From Salisapilia sapeloensis CBS 127946 (lineage: Eukaryota > Protista > Oomycota): DNA of 64,000 nt. Where the stretch lies: NCBI GenBank assembly GCA_023334545.1, contig JAADVB010000014.1:74679-138678 (forward strand). Direction: 5' to 3'. This document shows, one piece after another, positions 11,831 to 23,459 of the stretch (the stretch's first letter is position 1; each line of letters starts with the position of its first letter). Below the pieces are notes generated by a model. The model had not been told where the DNA came from. It was given only the letters and a program-made list of their open reading frames with translations, and did not search any database. A program made the position numbers and the translations under genes.

Positions 11831-14377
11831 ATGCGTGCTTACGATGACAATGTTCGTAATACTGAAGGAGATGCAAAATCAAGGAAAGCTTCAAATAGGG
11901 AGACCGATTCAGGAGCTTCATTTGGCACGGAGCATATAGACGACGATTTTGTTCCTTCCAAACTATCTGCTGTCACCCCATTTCCGGCAATTTCTAATGC
12001 AAACGGGAAGATGATGCAACGTCTGGCTAGCCCATCTACTGTCATTCCACAAAACAACTTTACTTTCTTTGGCATCTTCGGATTTTATGGCCCTCCACTA
12101 CTAGCCCTCACCATTGTGTGCATCGTCTGGGTCATGTGGCTCATCACATTGAACATGTTTCCGAATGAGGCAGCCAATGTTCTGACGGGTACTTCAAACT
12201 ATGATGATGGAGAATTTTGGCTAATTGGAAGGCCGGATCTGGGACTCATGGTGCTGAGTATTATCAGTTTGATACTAATCACCTTACTGTACGCTAAAGT
12301 GCTAGTTTTACTCGTCTTTCGGGGCGCGACCAAATCGAGCTTCAAGCAGCAGCATCGAATTATTCGAAAGAAATCTTATTTACACAGGCTTTCATTCCTA
12401 CTACGCCCTATCAACGATGTTTTAGATTACGAGGGACCATATCGCCGCCTATGGGTAAGCATAGCTTTGTTCTATGTTAGTCCTGAATGCTTGATGACAC
12501 AGCTGAATAAACTATTTGGTTAGAATATCGGTCAGGAAGTTTTCGATATTACATTGCAAGCGACAGCGCTCTATCGACTGATGGAGTCAGGTTCCCTCGA
12601 ACTTATGTACGCTTGTGGAGCATTGATTTTCTGCAATTCTATATCGTACGCTGGTTTAATAATGTGCGGGAGACGCGTATCGTCTTTTACTGAAGCTGTG
12701 ATCGGACTCGTGTACGTACAAATTTCTTTTGTCCAAAACAGCTATTCACTGTATTCTTTGTTTCCAGTTTTGACTCGACAGTCGCCATCGGATTCCCGAT
12801 GACTGCGCTCTTCTTTTGCTACTCAAGATTAAATTTGGATTACGATCTAATTGATTTGAACAACGAAGTAATTATGCCAGGCTACTTCGGTCGCATAGCT
12901 CGGCTCGCAGCTGATCCAATTCAAACAGCACGCTTTCTCGTTAGTTTTCAAGCCCTCTGCATTCGCCGTTTTTCCGATTTCGTTGTGCAAATAGCATTAC
13001 ACTTGTCTTCATCCTACCGTCTGATACGGATCACGGAGACTATGATATACAATGCGAAGAGCGTTACGACGACTGTGCAGCCGATGGCTGCGGACATCGG
13101 GAAGCGAAAACAACTAGAAGTACCTCGAATAGCAGCGATCTTATTTGTAGCATGCGCTGCTCTTGCATTTATCGTTCCGATGGAGGCCGTGCGCTACTCT
13201 GAAGCTGCTTGCTCGCATCAGCACGAGTGTGTCATTTTTGCCTATCGTTGGCAAAGAACAGAAACGTGTCCTTGTATAGGTCTTGTGGATATTGAAAGAG
13301 CACCCAAAAGTTATGAAGAATGGTTGCAACCCAAGGATGCCACGGAGACACTAAAAGAGTTGACACTGTCAGGGGATCTACAGATACTGAAAATCATTAA
13401 TCGAGGTGTGAGGGAGTTACCGGAAGGAATGGCAGCCTGTACTAGCCTGCAGCAAGTGTACGTGAGGCTTTGCTGCTTTTGCCCTGAGTTCTCACATGGA
13501 CATATTTTTAATAACTTGTAGGTACCTGATGTATACTGGACTTATGGAGATACCTGACTGGGCCAACGCACTCTCGAATATTGAAATACTGTACGTGAAA
13601 TAGCTTGAAATATATACATCTAAAGTAGTAACTTTTACTTGTAGACACATCGAAGGCAAACTGGAAGATACCAATTTAGTTCACATTCCTCCAAACTTTT
13701 TCGACAACAAGCGTCGTCTTGTGTTCCTCCACCTTGGTGTACATCCTCAGCTCAAAAAGTTACCATCTTTTGATGGACTTATTAATCTTCGGACATTAAC
13801 GCTTGTCCAATTCTACTCGCTTACAAATCTGCCAACCTTCGAGAAGATGGGTAATTTAAAAGCGCTCGCAATTTTGGATGTGCCCAAACTACGAACTCTT
13901 CCTAGTCTCAACGCTGGGATCGAGTTAAAACAATTCGCAGTTATATTTCCTACTCCACTGTGCTGCAATGGATTCCTCGGAAAGTGTGAACTTGACCATC
14001 CGTACTGCCGAGGAGATTCTGCTGGTGGTGATTCTCAAGCTATATGCTTGCCTGCTAATGCCAGTAGAGCATCTCCAAAGATGTTAGGACTGTTTGACCA
14101 ATTTAAAGAAACAGCGTGTTGGGTAGCTCGAGCGTCATACCAAGCTTCCATATCGGTCCCACTGAAAGAAAGCACGGAGATGTGCGGAGGTGTGATGTAC
14201 AAAGAGTGCTACTTAAGCGTTGATGCGCCACCATCAATTTGCTATAATCGCCGCTTGATGGCAATTTCGTGTATAGGCGATCCGATTTTTATTGAGCTAC
14301 GCAAAAAGCAAATCCAAAGAAAGATCGGACGCCCATGTGATCCGGAAGTCGAATCCTGGCTAGGTTGCGAAGGATAG
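11831..14377 (+). CDS. Oomycete multi-pass membrane protein with C-terminal LRRs and a Cys-rich WLGC end (multi-exon)
   Basis: Several hydrophobic helices (ORFs 11750-13521), CPCIGLVD, LRRs (LPSFDGLINLRTLTLV, LPTFEKMGNLKALAIL) and the terminal motif CDPEVESWLGC*. Confidence 0.8.
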
Positions 14378-15143
14378 ACGCCATTCTATAACTAAAAACT
14401 CTTGTTTTCACTTGTAATTTTTTGTTCGGCTGTTCTTTATTGAATTATTAACATTTATTTTTATACATAAATATAACTTTTACTTATTAATCTTCAAAGA
14501 GGTTCGAAAGTTTAAAGGTAAATGCTTTTTATTAAGATGTAAGAATTAGATGATAGTCTACAAGTTTATTGAAGACGTACATGAAGCTCTTTAGTGATGC
14601 ATCTGAAGGATTTGGGAAGACTCTACAAGGAAGGGTGAGGATCGAAGCTGGGTAGTAACATTTACCGTTTCAGTTATTCCCAACGTCCTATAGCAGTACC
14701 ATTGGTACTAAAGCCAGCTACAGAACGTATAATTACTCAGATTGTGCTAAAATTGCAGCAAGATCCTGTACGTTGCGAAGATCGAAGAGGGTGAGGCGCC
14801 ATGCCGTGGTGTACTTATTCAAAACCAATTGGTCCGTAGTGTTCCTCTGTATTGCAAGTGTACTAAATAATGTGACTTCATAGCTACCACAAACTAGAAC
14901 TTTCCAGAGCAAGATCAACGTCCTAAGATCAAAGCATGTTCGAAATCGGATAGGTCTGCAGAAAATGACGTTGATCTGGTAAAACCAGTCAAGCCGAACA
15001 AATTGGTTGACGTTTTCGACTAGCATATATAGTATCTTTGCAGTGTTGTACATGCAAACAAAGTGCAAATCAGTGAGCGCGACGGGAGAACAAATGATAA
15101 CGATATCGAAAAAGAAGATAGTCTATATCGTATGTTATGCTAT

Positions 15144-16812
15144 CTACTCGATGCAACTATTGCCGCGTGAACCGTCCAGAGGAATAAGCCAGCAGTGAGG
15201 ATTATGTGCACCTCCTTGCACAGTCTTCGTCGGATCCAGGTCAAACTTCCACTTGTCGTCGAAAGTCACGAAGCGAAGTTTCATTTGATCCTCGGCGAAA
15301 AACAGTTCAAAGAAGCCATACGGCGCATTTTCTCCACGCCATATCGGTGAAATCACATCTTTCGCTGTTGTTGGTGGATTTCCCATACTCTCACTTTGAA
15401 TTCCTCCTCCAGCCCCATTCGTAACGAAATGCGTATTAAAATTACCAAAGTCGTGGCCTTCGGCTGCATCGTATAAATCAATCACCTATCATTTTAAATT
15501 AACTATTTAAAAACGTACCATGGATATGTCCTGCCATGTAGAGCTGAATGTTGCCTTCTTCCATCACAGAATCCCATCTCTTCATTTCCTCTGGTGTCAT
15601 GTGGTAATGTGGCGTGTAGTGCGTATTGACGACTTTCCACGTTGCCGTTGAGGTAGCGGCATCACGTGCTAGATTAGCAATTGATTCTTCCTGCCATTCT
15701 TTAATTAGATTGAGGCAGCGATCAAATGCTTCATCGTCTCCATTCGCGCAATACTTGTGTCCACGGTGTATATCATTGCAATCGATTGAATCCGGCTCAT
15801 CGTCTTTAAATTTGTACCCATAGCATTGGCAACAAATTTGTTCACCTCCATGGACAGTTGCTGCATTAGTGTCAAGCTATTATGACATGTCAACAACGTA
15901 AATGATGTGTCATAAAAGTGAAAAGATGGCACTGAAACGTACATTGAATACGTCAACAGTAACTCCACTAGTTGAATCTTCTAAGCGTTCAACAAAGTAA
16001 TGACCGCTCATCTTCCACCGATTATTTGTAGGACTTATGTAGTTCGCTTGCACTGTGAACCTATTGCTTAATTGCTTAAGCATCTCCTCAGTAGTTTTGC
16101 ATTCTTTCCAGGAGCCCTCTCCTTCACCACATATAAAGTTGGAACCCCCAAGATCATGGTTTCCAGCGACACTTAACCATGGAACCTCTTCCAATGAAGC
16201 TTGATTATAAACGCTTTCAAATGTCGTCTCGAAACGATCTACAACGTCCGAGGGGCCGACTCCATTCCAGTAAAAGTTATCACCATGGTTCAGTATAGCC
16301 TTCGGTTGCAATTTTTCAGCAGACTGCGATAAGAGATAGGCTAGTTGAGGTTGCGCCTGACGATCCTTGAAATACTCTTCAGTATCTTCGCCAGTTTTGC
16401 GGTAACGATTACAACAAGAACCGAGGAACCGCTCCATGCCCCAATCACCAATGGCGAGAGCATGAACGTCGTATTTGGATTTGTCTTTTAAAAAAGCAGC
16501 AGCTGTGCCACTACTAGTAGAAGACCCATCGTTGGAAGACTTTAAAGATGATGCGATACTAGACGAGTCAGCCGAACCGCTTGATTCAAAGTTTGATGTA
16601 TCTTCGTTCGCCTGTGTGCTTCCATCACAGTTAAAACCGAAAAATGCTGTAGCGTGCTTATTCCGGCAGACCACATCTGAAATTGAGTCGCCGTTTGTGG
16701 TAACTGCAGCTAGACTTCGATGATCATAGTCGGATAGGTGTTCACTACGAAGTTCAAATGCTATACTGCAGGTGCTCACACCCAGAAGCGCAGAAATAAC
16801 CACTTTCTTCAT
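15144..16812 (-). CDS. Secreted calcineurin-like metallophosphoesterase (purple/tartrate-resistant acid phosphatase type), 3 exons
   Basis: Signal peptide MKKVVISALLGVSTCSIA and a Ser-rich spacer. Metal-binding motifs GDWG, GDNFY, GNHD, NTHY and AGHIH, then NGAGGG. Confidence 0.9.
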
Positions 16813-17050
16813 ATCCGCAGAAGTGGATCAAAGCTAAAATGAGTCCCACATCACTCTGCAAGTAAGAGTAGTTTCGATAAATTTATATGCCATTGACAGA
16901 GATGAAACCTCCCATTGCGGTCGTTTTGTCTCGTGTGCTCTTGCGGCTACACTTAGATCTGAAACGAATGATATGCGATAAGTTTAGAGCGCTCGCTACT
17001 CATGATAACGGATACAATAGCTGTTGGTCGACGTAGGTTATCTGGGAGTC

Positions 17051-18500
17051 ATGAGTGGCAACGAGAGTCCTTCCCCATCGCTCCGTCTTCTGGATGATCT
17101 ACTTGGTGTCATCCTGCTAGCAGCCACTGTCGTGTTCATCGGCACAATTGAACTAACAAGACGCAAAGTTTGCAAACTGTACCAATTCACCTTTGGGCTT
17201 TCAGCAACTTACGCGATTTTTGTTGGTGGTGGACTCATCGACCGATACACGGTGGATGAACAGCTTGCTTTAGCGCTATATACGGCTTATATTCCCCCTG
17301 CCGTCCCCTTCCATCCAGTATTGCTGTCTATTGTTTCCATGGTACCAGCCGCAATAACTGCCCGATCGTGCTCTTGTCCTTGTTGTGCTGACAACAAAAG
17401 CAAACGACCACACAAGGATTGTTTTGTACGTCGCGTGAAGGATTGCTTTCCGTTATACTTGTCCTTAGCAATCTTTCTGATGGTGGTGATTGGCATGCGG
17501 TTAAACGCTCGATTACGTCAATCAGCAGTGGAACCTGTGAACGGTACAGTCCACTGGCTGATGTTTAAATCCCCGTTCTATTTGACAATAGCCCATGTCG
17601 GAAGTGTCCTGCTTGTGGCGCTCAAACTGATTCTTCAACGAGTACATCTTCTAATTTATTGCAGCTCTATCGAATAGACAATCTTACGATTCGGATCTTT
17701 CATCCAACCATGTAGGCCGGACACCACTGTCCGAACGATAGTAGTGGAAGCAGCGCTGAAGAGAGTCGGGCTTTCGAGAGCTCCGACAATTATACGGATT
17801 CAGGACAAGACCTAGAAGAGAAGATGCTGAATCAGCAAGCACAAGTCTGTGGCTTTGTTTTGTAAATCCCTATGATATTATCTCATCCTGACGTGCATCA
17901 TAGTCTGCCTCACTTCGACGTCGAAATCGGCCCAGATCCCGACCGATAAGTGAGATTGCTCATGAGCATACAGTCAGAAATACTACGACAGGACTTCGAA
18001 AAAGTGGTGATGAAGTACCTGAAGAGGACGATGACGTGCTCTCATCCCTCGCTTCCAGCTACGTTCCACTAGATAAGGTCAACAAGAAGCTGGAGCTACC
18101 GAATCAAGCATCTAACTACCGTCAGAATATGATCAAGTCTAACTTTTCGAAGGGCGTACAACGAGCGTCATCTAACCAAGCTCCATCGCCACCTCGAGTG
18201 TTTAGTGGCATGTGGAGTGAAAACGAAGATGAGTCGGCGTCAATTACCTCTAGCGGTACTGGAGCTGGGTATCAGAGTGACTCGACATTTGCACTCGGGT
18301 ATTCGAATGCACTACGACGTCGGTATGGCAGACAAATTTCAAGCGGCCGATATAATCAAAATCCTTACACTGGTGGACCACGCCCGCCACAGGACGGTCT
18401 CAGGAAAGAAGCCTCTGAGTGGGTCGAGTACTTTGACAACCAATCTGGACGGAACTATCTCTACAATCATCGTACAGCTGAATCAAAGTGGGCGAGCTAA
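17051..18500 (+). CDS. Multi-pass membrane protein with a C-terminal WW domain (inferred 4 exons)
   Basis: Hydrophobic helices in ORF 17024-17677. Plausible GT-AG introns join it in frame to ORF 18036-18500, which ends EWVEYFDNQSGRNYLYNHRTAESKW (WW consensus). Confidence 0.65.
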
Positions 18501-18605
18501 TCGATTTCAGCCATATTCATATGCCTGATAGGTAAGCAAATTCTATAAAGGTGAATAGATTGATTTATACGAGTAAAAGACTTGTATTTATCGCTTGATT
18601 TGCTT

Positions 18606-21600
18606 CTACACTTTCCCGACATACCGATAGTTCAGCTTGTAGCTGTTGTCGAGATTCTTGAGCAGCGATTTGCCTGTTGCGTCAAGCGCAGCGTACAATT
18701 GCTCCTTTTCATTCGTCGAACAGATATCAAGCAGAACAAAGATGCCTGGACGTAATCGATGTTGTAGCTTCGTTGGCAAGTCCTCTTTCTCTGCAGCCCG
18801 TACGTAGCTCAAAATCATGTACACGACGTGCTTTCGGACTTGTACGTCATGGGCTTTGAGATACCCGTACAAACGCGCCAAGTTAGAGCTCCACTCCTGG
18901 ACGTATTGCTCTTCCGTAGTGGCACTAGCTTCGTTAGCAAAAGAGTGATTTCTTACACGTTTTCTCGATGTTGTAACGACAATTTGCAGCAACGAGTTGA
19001 CTGCCTCGACTATAAGAGGTATGGCATGTACCATTGATGAAAGGTGGTGGCGCACAATACGCATGAGCAAAGAGTAGGAAGACATCCAAATGACGTGCAG
19101 TTGCCGGATGGATAGCTTCGACTGCCGTCTCTGCTGACTCGAAGCAACCGAAGAAAGAGGCTGCAAGACTAATGAAACATGTGCAAGCTCTTCTGAAGTC
19201 CAAGAGAAAAGCTCTGGTGTTGTGTAAACCAGTGATAGCGCCTGCAACGACCATAAGCACACGTCGATGTTTCGTTCTTCATTGCTAGACGCCAGTAAGA
19301 GTGACATGATTGACTCCATCAATGCAGTTTTAAAGTCCTGCAATGACTTTTTCCGAGACGTCGTAAGCTCTCTCTTTTCACCTTGCAGCAGTACCACAAG
19401 AGTACGAAGGGCAGCAACTACTCTACTCGCTTCTTGCGCACGGATCTCTTGTCCGATTACCGTCAAGGCGAGTTGGAACTCGGTCTTGTTAGCATTAAAA
19501 AGCAGTGCTTGCAGCGGACGTACACGCACCTCTTCTTCCTCCAGTACGGAAGGATCTGCTACGCGGAACATGGCAACAGCAAGAAGACAGCTAAACATGG
19601 TCGGCGAGCAGATAGAGCGGATTGTGTGGTAGTGTTTACAAGTAGCCTCAAACAACGCTACGTAATGAGTGAAAATTTCGTCATCTCCTTGAACTCTCGG
19701 AGACGTCAAAGACTGGAGAGCTGCATTTAGCGATGATTCGAGATTAGATTTCACGATATGGCCGAGTGGGCTGTCTTCGGCACTTATACCAAGTGTCGAC
19801 ATAGAAGTACAATACCGAACAAGTGCAGACATCAATGCAAACTCATTCGTATGACCACTCGTGGGATAACCTTCCGGTCCAAGGCCTTTCGACACTTCTG
19901 CTATAATGGATTGCTCCACATCATTAATAGTGCCACCGGCTTCGCTCTCTTGAGTGCGCTCAATGTTTGCAAGTGCTTCCAAGACCAGAGTGATGTTCTG
20001 AATAGCACCATGTGACTTTCCTTTCTTCTTAGGACGCACAAAACTCTTTACTGCCGATGCTATCTTCGTCTCTGGAGAAGCACACTCGTATAAGTGGAAT
20101 TGTAGGATGCAAGCAAGCATCGCAATTTGAGAAGCTTTATGCGCATCCGCTTGGAAATAAACGATGAACTTGTAAGCACGATCGTCCACGTCTTGTGCTG
20201 CAGTCTCATCTGCGTAGGTTCGAATTGGTAGGTAATTGTCTACGAGCCATTGAAGGATCTGTGCTGTAGTTGCTGCACTCTCTTCCATCTCGACCAAGTT
20301 ATTTGTAGCTTCGAAAGACTCAAAGCCAAGGCGCAAGAGATCCGCGCACTCCTCCGCAGGTAGATAGCCCTCCGGTAGACTTCGCAATAAGCCAAAGTAT
20401 CTGTCCAGCATCACGAGCGCTGTATTTTTTTCATCTGTAGACGCTTGTGTCAGGTTCTTTAAGCATGTATCGCCCATTTTCACGAGTACAGGAGAAGCAA
20501 CGTTCCTGAGAGCTTGAATCTCGTAAAAGGCAGCAGCCTGTAGAATATTCATTGCAGTCACATCCCGACCAAGGTACTTTTCAAGCAGTGACTGCAACAG
20601 TAGCTTGGCACGTGACTGTGATAGGTACGTTGTGAGCTCCCATAAATAAAACGTAATGGCCTCCCAGCTATCCGACTTGACAGCAAACGTAACAACGGCG
20701 TCTGCAATTTCGGCATGATTCGTCATCATCTCATCTTCTTTACGAAGGAAATGAATGCCGATTTTAATAAGACCGGATTCGTAAGTGTCTTTCTGATTGT
20801 CATTGCCACGGCCTGAACTTTTCTTTTTGGATGTCGATTGCAACAGCTTTTGGATACTGGTAGCAAACGTACCGCTTGACTGAAGAGCATGCAATGTTGG
20901 ATCAAACACTTCTTTTTGCACCACACTACTCACATCGTCGTACAATACCAAGAGCTCACCAAACACTGCCAGCAGCTCTTTCACTTCCAAATGGGCTTTT
21001 GACGGATGCTTCATGGCTTTTTCGCTCATTGCTACCAGGGGATCAAACAAATTCTCCTTTGTGGATGTCGTCAAGAGAGTCTCCAGTTTCTTTCGCGTCT
21101 GTGGAGTGATCTGGATCTCTTGCATCAATGCCTGAAGAACGACGCGAACGACGCGAACTTTACTAGCAAACGAACTGCCCCTTACTTTCTCTTTCGTCTG
21201 TAAATGCTCGGCGCACAACTCCCACACAGCATCGATTTGACCGACAGGTAATCTCCGCATACATCCACGCAGGGCTTCATCACATTTATCCTGTCTCAAT
21301 AGGGTGTAAAGACCAGCGTACACTTCATCAGACGCAGCTTCGAGACCAAAGATCGCTTCGAAAAGCTTGTCGAGCAGTCGCATCGACTCATACGCTTCTA
21401 AAACATTTTGCCAACAAGAACAAGCTGCTGGTAGGACAGTACCAGACGATACGTTGTGTCCAAGTACCACCAGTACAGACGTCAAAGACTTCTCGAGAAC
21501 ATTTGGAGAGGCTCGAAGGGCGTTGGCGATTACCGCAAACTGGCCTGCCGCTTCCCGATCTTCATTTTGAACAAGCTCCAAGAAGTTTCTCGTGATCTTT

Positions 21601-23177
21601 TCCATCTTTGTATAATGGTTTTGGTCACCAGTGTCTTCTGTCACGCGATAGATCTCGCAATTTGCCAGGGCCTGGAACAAGGAGTCGTACAGCTGTACCA
21701 AAACACTCTTGTGGCTCTTTTTGCAGCCGACGACGGCGGCAGCGCAGAGTTCTGCCCAAAACTTAAATGGCGATCGTGTAGAAGATGTTGCGCCAATGAC
21801 AGTTGCAGATCGCTTTTTGTTGGATTTGAAATGTTCCGACGTACTTCCTTCACCTTTGTACGAGCGAAGGCGGACAGTATACTCACTGGCTAGTACATCT
21901 AACAAACTTCCTACCGAAGCTTTCATACCGTCCGTGTTTGCTTCGTCTTGAAGTAGGTTCACTAGCTCTTGAAACAGACCTCGCTGGTAAGAAAGTAAGG
22001 AGGGCTTGCCAGACTTTTTACCACTTTTCTTTTGCTTTTTCGTTGGCGGGTCGGAGTTTTCTTCAGCGACCTCTTCGGAAGTAGTCCAGAGCGTGTCTTG
22101 GAGCTCTAGTGCAGCTTCATATTCTGGAATGTGCTCACTATCCAGCAGTATGCCGACAAAAGTTTTATTAATCATATCCACATTGGCTGACAATGCATCT
22201 CCATCGAGATATGAAGTTTGGCTGTCTGCAGCAGTCATGAGCTCAAGGAACGAATGTCGATAATTGACTAAAGTCGTCATCCAGGTTTTGGTCAAGGCTA
22301 CAAACACCTTCTTACTGTTGAGTTGCGTACGCAGCAATTCGTGCAAGACACATAAGAAGGCATGCGTTAATTGCAATACCATCATGCACGTCATAGCGTT
22401 CTTTTGATGACTTTCCTCTAGCCATGACAACAAGCTCGGCATGATCTTGTCCATAAATTCTTTCCACGTATTTGTCTGTGGACGGTACAGTTGAAAGCTT
22501 GGCAACATTTTGGAATGGAAGAACTCGGAAGTCACCAGCGTGGTCGGTAGCTCGAACAGGTACAAAGAGATAAGGCGGACATCAGCAAGTGTTTCGTTCC
22601 ATGATGAATCATCATCTTTCGCTGAAGCTAGCGCACTCGCCATCGCATCTAGCAGAGAGTTTCCAGCACTGAGTGGGATCGTCATCTTAGTATTGGGATC
22701 CACGTCGTGTTCACTGTTGGCAAATGCAGTTTCAAGAGTTTCTAGACTGTAACGTAGAAGGCGCAGTGCATCTGGCTGAAGACTCTTGCTTTTGCCAGTC
22801 ATAGCAAGCGCGAATTGCATGCCTTCAGTTGGAATCTGGTGCCAAGACACATTCAATTCGGTAGCCAGTCGTTCGAGTGCATGTTGTTCGAGTCCTCGAG
22901 TTTGACTAGATAGCAGCTGCAGTCCTGCTGATAGAATCCTTCTATCATTTTCAACCTGACGCTTTGCTTGACGCCAACGCAATAACAAGAAAGCAGCCTG
23001 GCGAGACGCGACGCCTTCGCACTCCTCGCTGGTCATCGTCCTACCACTTGTTGTTTTGTTTGGTTGTCGGTGCTCGACGTTTGATTGGTGGAATCTGACG
23101 TTATCATATCTGACCTTTACTTCCACCAAACTACAGCATAGTTCACAAAGTGGTCGCATGCTATTTTGGTCTTTCAT
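18606..23177 (-). CDS. URB2: Nucleolar pre-ribosomal-associated protein URB2/Npa2
   Basis: 1523-aa helical ORF. The C-terminus LARLYGYL..VRKHVVYMILSYV..LRPGIFVLLDICS..EQLYAALDATGKSLLKNL..YRYVGKV matches the Urb2 C-terminal domain. The true start may be a later ATG. Confidence 0.85.
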   Translation of the reverse strand: MKDQNSMRPLCELCCSLVEVKVRYDNVRFHQSNVEHRQPNKTTSGRTMTSEECEGVASRQAAFLLLRWRQAKRQVENDRRILSAGLQLLSSQTRGLEQHALERLATELNVSWHQIPTEGMQFALAMTGKSKSLQPDALRLLRYSLETLETAFANSEHDVDPNTKMTIPLSAGNSLLDAMASALASAKDDDSSWNETLADVRLISLYLFELPTTLVTSEFFHSKMLPSFQLYRPQTNTWKEFMDKIMPSLLSWLEESHQKNAMTCMMVLQLTHAFLCVLHELLRTQLNSKKVFVALTKTWMTTLVNYRHSFLELMTAADSQTSYLDGDALSANVDMINKTFVGILLDSEHIPEYEAALELQDTLWTTSEEVAEENSDPPTKKQKKSGKKSGKPSLLSYQRGLFQELVNLLQDEANTDGMKASVGSLLDVLASEYTVRLRSYKGEGSTSEHFKSNKKRSATVIGATSSTRSPFKFWAELCAAAVVGCKKSHKSVLVQLYDSLFQALANCEIYRVTEDTGDQNHYTKMEKITRNFLELVQNEDREAAGQFAVIANALRASPNVLEKSLTSVLVVLGHNVSSGTVLPAACSCWQNVLEAYESMRLLDKLFEAIFGLEAASDEVYAGLYTLLRQDKCDEALRGCMRRLPVGQIDAVWELCAEHLQTKEKVRGSSFASKVRVVRVVLQALMQEIQITPQTRKKLETLLTTSTKENLFDPLVAMSEKAMKHPSKAHLEVKELLAVFGELLVLYDDVSSVVQKEVFDPTLHALQSSGTFATSIQKLLQSTSKKKSSGRGNDNQKDTYESGLIKIGIHFLRKEDEMMTNHAEIADAVVTFAVKSDSWEAITFYLWELTTYLSQSRAKLLLQSLLEKYLGRDVTAMNILQAAAFYEIQALRNVASPVLVKMGDTCLKNLTQASTDEKNTALVMLDRYFGLLRSLPEGYLPAEECADLLRLGFESFEATNNLVEMEESAATTAQILQWLVDNYLPIRTYADETAAQDVDDRAYKFIVYFQADAHKASQIAMLACILQFHLYECASPETKIASAVKSFVRPKKKGKSHGAIQNITLVLEALANIERTQESEAGGTINDVEQSIIAEVSKGLGPEGYPTSGHTNEFALMSALVRYCTSMSTLGISAEDSPLGHIVKSNLESSLNAALQSLTSPRVQGDDEIFTHYVALFEATCKHYHTIRSICSPTMFSCLLAVAMFRVADPSVLEEEEVRVRPLQALLFNANKTEFQLALTVIGQEIRAQEASRVVAALRTLVVLLQGEKRELTTSRKKSLQDFKTALMESIMSLLLASSNEERNIDVCLWSLQALSLVYTTPELFSWTSEELAHVSLVLQPLSSVASSQQRRQSKLSIRQLHVIWMSSYSLLMRIVRHHLSSMVHAIPLIVEAVNSLLQIVVTTSRKRVRNHSFANEASATTEEQYVQEWSSNLARLYGYLKAHDVQVRKHVVYMILSYVRAAEKEDLPTKLQHRLRPGIFVLLDICSTNEKEQLYAALDATGKSLLKNLDNSYKLNYRYVGKV

Positions 23178-23459
23178 TTTGACGGCACTGCGCTGGGCGA
23201 AGTTTTTATCGGTATAAAGACTGCCAAAACCTTTGCGTGAATTCGTATAGCGATCAAGCTGGACTCGAACAATAAATCAACTTGTCGGTGTGGCCAAACG
23301 TGGTCGGACCCGAACGTCCAGCACTTTTGCCAGCTAATCCATAACGAGACTCGATTTGATCACACACACACCATCGGTCCTGAAAAGCAAGAAAACGAGA
23401 TTGAATATAAATTGCCTAGCCCGATTGAGAAGAACTCTCAAAACAATTATAATTTTGTA

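Noticed and set aside
14500-15100. 111-codon minus-strand ORF (14733-15068) downstream of the phosphatase
   Set aside because: TTG start, no recognisable motif, and I could not splice it into a convincing gene. Left unannotated, though a small gene is not excluded.
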